The position numbers were made by a program, and so were the translations under genes. Below the pieces are notes generated by a model, which was not told the DNA's origin, did no database searches, and saw nothing but the letters and a program-made list of their open reading frames with translations. Positions 57,353-64,000 of a stretch of DNA of 64,000 nucleotides are shown here, piece by piece. Every line of letters starts with the position of its first letter. The stretch's first letter is position 1. This DNA is from Candidatus Bathyarchaeia archaeon (GTDB lineage Archaea > Thermoproteota > Bathyarchaeia > Bathyarchaeales > Bathycorpusculaceae), in the NCBI GenBank assembly GCA_049521795.1, contig JBEKOM010000002.1, forward strand, positions 160,001 through 224,000, given 5' to 3'.

Positions 57353-60100
57353 CTATGGGCCGAGAGTTGTGTAAACCAGCTTCGCATTGAAGTGGTTTCC
57401 CAGTAGGATGGCGTCCAGGATGTTTACTGTGTTGTCGCCGTTGAGGTCCGCGTCGGGGTTGAAGCTGGGTTGTCCTTTGCTTAGACCGAAGCTGTTTCCT
57501 AGCTTTATGGCGTCCAAGATGTCAACTGTCGCGTCACCGTTGATGTCGCCGACCAGTACGAAGTACTTGCCGCTCGACGTTGTCGTGTATGCAGTTGTGG
57601 TGCCACCATAGTTGACTGTGTCGTTGACTCCAGCGCCTTGGTTCTGTGCCGTAGCTCCTGGCCCAACTGCTGCGTAGCCGCCTGGTTGCCACGTCACGTT
57701 GGCTGGCAACGTGATTAGGACTCCATCCTCGTACCAACCCACCGGCACGTCGTACGCTGAATTCGGACCAGTTAGAACGAAGTTGTTGGTTGGGTACTCA
57801 AGGCTTAGAGAGTTGACTGGAATCGCCGATCCGAGGGTGTTGCTCGTGTTGTATCTTTGCAGCGCGATTTCTATGAGTACGCCTGCGGGGCCTGCAATGT
57901 CGTTCCTTGTGAAGTGAACGGTGAAGTTCATTACTGCGGGCAGACCGCCTCCGTACATTTGGTTCATTTTGCCTCTATAGATGTAGACCTGCGAGTAGAA
58001 GGTGCCAGTTGATATGATGCTGTCCTGTACGTCGAGGCTGATTGATGTGTAGGTTGTTGGCGCTTTCTTGTATAAGTCTTGGTAGTAGAAGCCTGGGTAC
58101 AGCTCGTTCACGTAGTAGCCATTAACCCAGTCTCGTTCCCAGTGGCGGCCTGTCGGCTGTACGGTCGGCAGACTTATCGCCTGTTGCATGTATTCGTACT
58201 GCAGCTCGTAGAGCAGAGAGATTCTTGCCGGTGATGCCGGCGTGTTGCCCAAATTCTCTTCAGCGAGTATGTTGTCGTCGACGGTCGTGTTCAGGTATGC
58301 CTGCCATGCGGTGAAGGCTCCCCACGAAGCCATGAACGGGTTCGCGAAGTCGTCGGCGTCTGAGAAGTCTGCGAGCCATCCTATGTTGAAGAACGGCAGG
58401 TTTGACCCTTCAGCGTCGGCGAGGTAGATCGGCCAGTCTTCACTTGCGACGGTGCACACGTAGTGCGTGTTGTGCTTGGCGTTTATGTCGTTGAAGGTGT
58501 TAGCGATCGCCTGAACCGCGATCCTTCTCTGGTCGTTTCCAGTGTTGTAAAGAATGGACATCTGGAAGCCGGTTATGCCTGCGGCCGTCAGGTTTCCGTA
58601 GACGTAGTCTTCGTTTATGTCCCACGCTGTCTGGTTTGAAGCGTAGGCGCTTGTCGGTGTTAACCCTATGGCCCACCAAGAGGTCGGGTGGATCGCTTCG
58701 CCGTACCATGCTCCGCTTATGTAGGCTGATATGTTCAACGCTTGACAGAACGCCCATCTCACGTTAAGGTCGCTGAACAGCGCTGGGTCAGGAAGGTTGG
58801 AGCTTCCGTTGCTGAAGCTGACCAACGGTATCCACTTAGACGAAGCCGCTATGTTGAAGGTGAAGAATATGGCGTCCGTCTCGAGCGTTGGAATGTTGTA
58901 GTACAGGTGTAGACCAGCGATTGGCAGGTAAGCGTTGCTGCCTTGCAAGAGGTCGTACATGTTTGCCCTGTTGACCACCGCCATGTCGAAGTCTCCAGCG
59001 AGGAACTCCATCTTCCTCGTTGGCCAAGTGTTCACGCCTGTCTCGATCACTGTTGTCGGAGCGCTGGCACTTGATCCCAACGAAGCCACGTAGGGTCCTG
59101 GCCACGGGTGAGATACGCAGTCAGCGAACGCGTCGATCCTCCATTCGTTGGTCGATTGTGTCCAGTACGTGAACTTGTACGGGCCGGTTCCGCACATCGC
59201 GGGTTCGGCGTTCGAGTTCGCGTACTGCGACGCTGCGGTGTGTTCGTCGAGTGGTGTGAAAACGTTGTCTGGTCTTCTCCGGAAGTTTTCACTCCAGCCT
59301 GCGGTGAACGTGCCGTCCCAGCATCCGTGGAAGATGCTCCACTGCTTTGGAGGCACGGCCGACCAGGTCTGAGCGAAGATGTCGTACATTCCGATGGCTG
59401 CGTACTGGAAGAAGAATTGCACGTACGCTCCGCTTGCGTTGCTAACATCTTTCACATAGTTCTGTATGAGTCCAGCGACTAGTGTTTCGTTTGTTCCCAA
59501 CGTGTGGCCGTCTCCACCCTTGGCGTATTTGGACCAGCTGCCGAGGCCGAAGGCTGGACCGAAGAACATCCACTCTGGGCTGTTGCTCGAGTCCTGCACG
59601 ACCATTCTCTGGAAGAGGTAGACAACGTCTGCAGCCGTTATGTGCTCCCCGGTGATCAAGGTGCCGTTGGGCGCCAGCCAGGGCTGGAACACGAGGTTCG
59701 TGTTTATTTTGAAAACCCAATTGCTGCTGCCGTCCGGGAAGTTCGTGACTTCTGGCATAGAGCCTATGCCGGGTACGTCGGTTGTTGCGCCTAGCGAGGC
59801 AACGTAGGTGCTGACGTTCACGGAGTTACCCGTGAGCAGTGGTTTGTGTGCGGTGTCGTTTGCGACATTGCTGCCTTCGCTGCCGAACTCTAGCAGTGTG
59901 TCGTAGACGTTCATTATCAGTTCGCCGCTCGCGGTGTCGTACGCCTGCGTTGGGTCGACGTTTTTAGGTTGACCTATCGTTCCAAAGTACATTGTGTCAG
60001 TTTTCAACGGTGGTTGAGATGAGAAAGCCGGAAGAACTGCAAAGATGCTCGTTACCATCAAACAAGTTATGATGCATGCTAATAGTTTCATGTTTTTCAT
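57353..60100 (-). CDS. ABC transporter family 5 (oligo/dipeptide) substrate-binding protein with a C-terminal dockerin
   Basis: VDPTQAYDTAS..LI.NVYDTL, ITAADVVY, GTGPYK, FLAGDFD, GWLADFSDADDF; ends in GDINGDATVDILDAI...ADLNGDNTVNILDAI with no C-terminal TM. Confidence 0.9.
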   Translation of the reverse strand: MKNMKLLACIITCLMVTSIFAVLPAFSSQPPLKTDTMYFGTIGQPKNVDPTQAYDTASGELIMNVYDTLLEFGSEGSNVANDTAHKPLLTGNSVNVSTYVASLGATTDVPGIGSMPEVTNFPDGSSNWVFKINTNLVFQPWLAPNGTLITGEHITAADVVYLFQRMVVQDSSNSPEWMFFGPAFGLGSWSKYAKGGDGHTLGTNETLVAGLIQNYVKDVSNASGAYVQFFFQYAAIGMYDIFAQTWSAVPPKQWSIFHGCWDGTFTAGWSENFRRRPDNVFTPLDEHTAASQYANSNAEPAMCGTGPYKFTYWTQSTNEWRIDAFADCVSHPWPGPYVASLGSSASAPTTVIETGVNTWPTRKMEFLAGDFDMAVVNRANMYDLLQGSNAYLPIAGLHLYYNIPTLETDAIFFTFNIAASSKWIPLVSFSNGSSNLPDPALFSDLNVRWAFCQALNISAYISGAWYGEAIHPTSWWAIGLTPTSAYASNQTAWDINEDYVYGNLTAAGITGFQMSILYNTGNDQRRIAVQAIANTFNDINAKHNTHYVCTVASEDWPIYLADAEGSNLPFFNIGWLADFSDADDFANPFMASWGAFTAWQAYLNTTVDDNILAEENLGNTPASPARISLLYELQYEYMQQAISLPTVQPTGRHWERDWVNGYYVNELYPGFYYQDLYKKAPTTYTSISLDVQDSIISTGTFYSQVYIYRGKMNQMYGGGLPAVMNFTVHFTRNDIAGPAGVLIEIALQRYNTSNTLGSAIPVNSLSLEYPTNNFVLTGPNSAYDVPVGWYEDGVLITLPANVTWQPGGYAAVGPGATAQNQGAGVNDTVNYGGTTTAYTTTSSGKYFVLVGDINGDATVDILDAIKLGNSFGLSKGQPSFNPDADLNGDNTVNILDAILLGNHFNAKLVYTTLGP

Positions 60101-60522
60101 TTGTATCCCTTCTTATCTCCTATTCTCCTTTATTTCAGCGAACATAGATAAGCCAAGCCTCGTATTTAGGATTTACGGAAAAATGTTCTATAGGCTCACT
60201 CATGAATGAGAACGCCTTTAGCGCGTCGGTGGGTTCGAGCCGGCGTTTAGAAAGCCCAAGTCCCCAAGTCTAGATCAAGCTAGCCGACAGTCCCTTTCTG
60301 TTAGCGTTGGAGCAATTGTTGATGGTGCAGTTTGGGGCTTTAGCTCAGCTGCGTTTGACGGCGAAAGATGGTGGCAAGATGGGTTTTTGGAGAATCTCGA
60401 CATTTTCCTCATTGGTGGATGCTCAAGCTTGAGCCTAGATAATGGACTGCTATTGCTTCCTCGCGTTGTGTCGGGCATTTTCGGGCGGGCCGAGCAGTCG
60501 TCATCGGTGCGTGTGGTCCGCT

Positions 60523-62619
60523 CTAATAGACGTGTCTCCTTCTTGTTTGGTACGCATATCTTAATGTCGATGCCGCGTAGACAACACCGAAGGACAATAA
60601 GAAGAACAGGGCGACGTTCGAGAGGAGCCCAGTCCACAGTATCGTCGGTGTGCTCGTCTCAGGGACAGACAGTACTGAGACGGTTAGTTCAAAGTTCTGC
60701 ATTGTCACTGTATTCGGAATCGGAAGTGCTATCATTTCAAACGGATAGCCGATGTTTCTCATAGTTACGATCGTCGGTACTCCATGCTGGATCACTTCCG
60801 TGTTTGCAATCTGCACGTACGATGCGTAAGATGAGAAGAGTAGAAATGCCGTCAAAAGAACAACCCAGACCCATTCTGCCGACCTCATGCCGTAGACAAT
60901 CTCATAGTACAACTTCAACAAGGCCGCTCTAGCCTTTGAGCGTTTAAGAGCAACTACGACAGCCAATATGACGATGACCGTTGTGGTTCCTATCAAAACC
61001 AGCGACATGGTGAGCGCGCGACTTTGGATCGCGGCTAGAAATCGCATAACTGATAGTGCCCCAACCTTGATGTGCGCTTCAAGGTCATCAGTCTTGATCC
61101 AATGGAGCGTGGCAGTCGATGTCGAGTTATCGTATTCTGTGTAAATCCAACCGCCTTCGAAGAACGTAAGCGGGTACGAGGACAGCATGGTGCTGGATTC
61201 TACCCTGGCAGCATCGCTTATGTTGGGGTCCGTTCCCCAGCGTTGTGCGTAGGTCATGCTGGACTGCGCAGGATTCCTGAAGGCTTCCTGGTCTGAGTCT
61301 CCGGGAGCAGTTAAATTTGCCCTTACACCCAAATCTGCTGCCGCATTCAGCACAATCTGATCGAGTTCTAACCCGTTACCATCTGGAAAAGTCTCTGAAA
61401 CCTGCAGGTCGCCCGTGCCGATGCTGTCCAGATTGATTACTGCGCTGATGCTTTGCATCTCAGGCTTGTGTTGCTTGATGTAGTTTATCGAGCCGACATA
61501 GCCAAGTTCCTCGCCTGTAAACGCTATAAAAATCAATGACTGTTGAGGAGTGTACGCGCCGTTCTTTGCAGCGTCTGTGAAGACCCGAGCCAACTCGATC
61601 ACGCCTGCTGTACCAGCGCCGTTGTCGCAGAAGCCTGGACTCATGACAGTGTCGTAGTGTCCCGAGACGATGATGGCTCTTTCCGGATTAACCGTGCCTT
61701 TTAACTCTCCTATAACGTTGTAGTTTGTTCCATTGTCGATAATCGCTGGGATGTTGACGGTTGCAGACAGGTTCCCGGTGGCTGCCATTGCTTGAATCAT
61801 CAGCCCGTCTTGATAGCTGACCCACGCTGTTGGGGTGTTTGCACCAACACCGATATCCGCCCTGGCCCCTTCCATCGGTTCAAGAATCGGCGGTGCCGAA
61901 CTCATCCAACTGTACCAGTATGTGTATATGACCGCAAGTGGCGGTTGCGAACTCAATTTCGCGAGAAACGTTCTGCGATACGCGTCATACCAGTTGACCT
62001 CTCTGCCGACCAACACGATTTTGCCAGTCGTGTCAATTCCATTCCATTGGAGGCGGAATATTGAGGTCGAGATGTCGCCGCCTTCAAAATCCCCAAATCC
62101 CAAGCCAGAAGGCAAGGGTAAGACAACGAGGTTACCAGATACTCCACCTTCAGGGGTTGGACAGCTGTATTGCACAGGTTCGAATGATCTGATTGCTATT
62201 TGACTCTCCGTATCGTTCGGGCTGCCCTGTTGGTCGACAACAAGAGTTGGGCTACTCGGCAGATACCAATTTGTAAATTGGAACGATTCTAGCTGTGTTT
62301 CAAGGCCGAGACTTTGAAACTGGTCCTTTATCCAGTTCGCCGTTGCATTGGCCCCTGGAGAGCCTGCAGAACGAAACGAGTAGCCAGAAACGTTGTGGTC
62401 TAGCGCAATTCTTTCAAGTTCTAGGTCATAATTGTAGGCGTTTGTTCCGTTCACCTCCGACACAACGCTTGACTCCTGCGCGGTCAAATCTGAAGACTGG
62501 ATGTTCGAGGAGACTGCACGCTCACCTAGACACATCGCCAACAACGCGATTAGTAAAAGAATTGTAGCGAGCTCAGCCTTCCTTGACATTGCTTCAAAGT
62601 ACTGATTTGACTCCAACAT
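60523..62619 (-). CDS. M28 family aminopeptidase-like protein with PA-like insert and C-terminal TM helices
   Basis: NVIGELKG, SGHYD, DNGAG, TGEELG..GS, INLDSIG; signal peptide and three C-terminal hydrophobic segments. Confidence 0.85.
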   Translation of the reverse strand: MLESNQYFEAMSRKAELATILLLIALLAMCLGERAVSSNIQSSDLTAQESSVVSEVNGTNAYNYDLELERIALDHNVSGYSFRSAGSPGANATANWIKDQFQSLGLETQLESFQFTNWYLPSSPTLVVDQQGSPNDTESQIAIRSFEPVQYSCPTPEGGVSGNLVVLPLPSGLGFGDFEGGDISTSIFRLQWNGIDTTGKIVLVGREVNWYDAYRRTFLAKLSSQPPLAVIYTYWYSWMSSAPPILEPMEGARADIGVGANTPTAWVSYQDGLMIQAMAATGNLSATVNIPAIIDNGTNYNVIGELKGTVNPERAIIVSGHYDTVMSPGFCDNGAGTAGVIELARVFTDAAKNGAYTPQQSLIFIAFTGEELGYVGSINYIKQHKPEMQSISAVINLDSIGTGDLQVSETFPDGNGLELDQIVLNAAADLGVRANLTAPGDSDQEAFRNPAQSSMTYAQRWGTDPNISDAARVESSTMLSSYPLTFFEGGWIYTEYDNSTSTATLHWIKTDDLEAHIKVGALSVMRFLAAIQSRALTMSLVLIGTTTVIVILAVVVALKRSKARAALLKLYYEIVYGMRSAEWVWVVLLTAFLLFSSYASYVQIANTEVIQHGVPTIVTMRNIGYPFEMIALPIPNTVTMQNFELTVSVLSVPETSTPTILWTGLLSNVALFFLLSFGVVYAASTLRYAYQTRRRHVY

Positions 62620-62746
62620 TTATGTTTAACGATAGAACCTGTTGAATATGCAGTTTAAGCCTAAGAGCCTAGAAAATAGACTGCTACTGCTCTTTATGCC
62701 CTCATTATAGCATTCTAGGGCAGACAAGCCGCGCTGGTCAGAAGCG

Positions 62747-63037
62747 TCATGCAAAAGCTCCGAAACCAACAGATATCCCGAACATCGAAGCCCCAATAAC
62801 CATCAAAGCCTTGGCGCGTAAACTTACAGGGGAGTGAAAAAAGGCCAACAGTGCTCCACCGAAGAAAAGCACGGCGCCTTCAACAAAGCAGAGGTCCGAG
62901 ATTATCCTGGGAACCGACTTCTCTGAGAAGTATCCGACCGGGAAAAAAACGTAGAAAAACCCGCCGATGACCGCGTTCGCTGCTAAAAGAACTGCGAGTG
63001 CAAGCAGAATCCTTTCAACAATGAATCGCTGAACCAA
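62747..63037 (-). CDS. Small three-TM membrane protein
   Basis: 96 aa, three hydrophobic helices, co-oriented with flanking genes. Confidence 0.6.
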   Translation of the reverse strand: MVQRFIVERILLALAVLLAANAVIGGFFYVFFPVGYFSEKSVPRIISDLCFVEGAVLFFGGALLAFFHSPVSLRAKALMVIGASMFGISVGFGAFA

Positions 63038-63070
63038 ACCGCGTCTTCCACAGAAGCATTTTTGAAGCGT

Positions 63071-64000
63071 TCACTTGTTGAATAGATGACACGCAACCAT
63101 GTGGCCGTTTCCAACGTCCAAAAGCTGCGGTTCTTGCATCTTGCACACCTGCATGGCGCTGGTGCATCTGGGATGAAACCTGCAGCCGGCCGGAGGGTTC
63201 ACCGGGCTCGGAACCTCGCCGCTCAGAATGATCCTTTTCCTCTTCAAAGTAGGGTCGGGTACAGGAATGGCAGAGAACAAAGCTACAGAATAGGGGTGAA
63301 GCGGCCTAGCGTAGAGTTCAGGCGTTTGAGCAAGTTCCACTATCTTTCCAAGATACATTACAGCCACCCTTTCAGCTATACATTCGACGACACTTAGGTC
63401 GTGACTAATGTAGACGTAGGTCAGGTCAAAATCCTTTCGCAGCTCTTGAAAGAGATTCAGGAGCTGAGCGCGCACTGAAACGTCGACCGAAGACGTAGGC
63501 TCGTCCAGAAAAACAAGTTTAGGCGTGGTGATCAAGGCCCTGGCTATGGCTATCCTCTGCCTCTGACCGCCGCTGAACTCGTGCGGATACCTGTATATGT
63601 GCCTCTCTCCCAATCCCACTCTTTGCAGCATCTCGCTAACTCTTTTAAGGCCGGCGGTTCCCTTGGCGATGCCTTGAACAGCGAGGGGCTCCAGCAGAAC
63701 GTCTTTAACAAGCATTCTCGGGTTCAAAGAACGTGTTGGATCCTGGTAGACAAGCTGCATTCTCCTCCTCGCTTCTCTCAGCTTGCGGCCCCTGAAGTCA
63801 GCGATATCCCACTGTCTTCTCAAGGTCCTAAGCTCGGAAGATTGTTTCTTCTCCCTCTGCAGCGTCCTTATCCTTTCCTTGACTTCGTCAGGCACGTCAA
63901 AGAATATGTTTCCCGCGTCTGGGTTTAGGAGTCTCAGAGTGGTCTTTGCAAGGGTGGTTTTTCCACAGCCTGATTCTCCTACTAGGCCAAACGTTTCTCC
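63071..64000 (-). CDS. oppF: Oligopeptide/dipeptide ABC transporter ATPase (OppF/AppF), 5' end outside the window
   Basis: GESGCGKTT at the window edge in the same frame, YQDP..SLNPR, FSGGQRQR, LDEPTS, HPYS, GEVPSP.NPP.GCRFHPRC. Confidence 0.93.
   Translation of the reverse strand, partial: GETFGLVGESGCGKTTLAKTTLRLLNPDAGNIFFDVPDEVKERIRTLQREKKQSSELRTLRRQWDIADFRGRKLREARRRMQLVYQDPTRSLNPRMLVKDVLLEPLAVQGIAKGTAGLKRVSEMLQRVGLGERHIYRYPHEFSGGQRQRIAIARALITTPKLVFLDEPTSSVDVSVRAQLLNLFQELRKDFDLTYVYISHDLSVVECIAERVAVMYLGKIVELAQTPELYARPLHPYSVALFSAIPVPDPTLKRKRIILSGEVPSPVNPPAGCRFHPRCTSAMQVCKMQEPQLLDVGNGHMVACHLFNK

Noticed and set aside
60215-60250. GGTTCGAGCC resembling a tRNA T-arm
   Set aside because: No acceptor stem, D arm or anticodon arm can be built around it.

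Overview
Archaeal chromosomal window. The gene set (unsplit Rpo1 and Rpo2, rpl30e-nusA, PEF-CTERM, cohesin/dockerin surface proteins, intron-containing tRNA) fits a TACK archaeon, most likely Bathyarchaeia; this is inferred from gene content, not from a search. Left to right: a signalling cluster; GNAT/MFS/ChrB genes; an nrdR-nrdD-nrdG operon with NrdR-box-like operators; a stand-alone Rpo5 carrying an RPB5-like N-terminal jaw domain; HAD and ppa; two thiolase+DUF35 pairs (one lacking the catalytic Cys) divergent from a type III PKS-like gene; a GrpB gene split by a ~4.3 kb AT-rich island encoding an EVE protein and an ApeA-like HEPN protein; a B12 acyl-CoA mutase operon with isobutyryl-CoA-mutase residues; a translationally coupled Smc5/6-like ATPase + kleisin-like + KITE-like operon; rpoB-rpoA-rpl30e-nusA; tRNA-Leu(CAA) with a D-loop intron; nadA and redox genes; and a ~16 kb cell-surface locus of cohesin and dockerin proteins, including a dockerin-tagged ABC peptide-binding protein next to an M28 peptidase and an oligopeptide ABC ATPase. 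Best candidates for under-described systems: (1) the cohesin-dockerin peptide-capture scaffold, (2) the Smc5/6-like three-gene complex, (3) the eukaryote-like two-domain RPB5, (4) the EVE+HEPN island, (5) the thiolase/DUF35/PKS-like cluster. All family calls come from reading motifs by eye; no searches were run.
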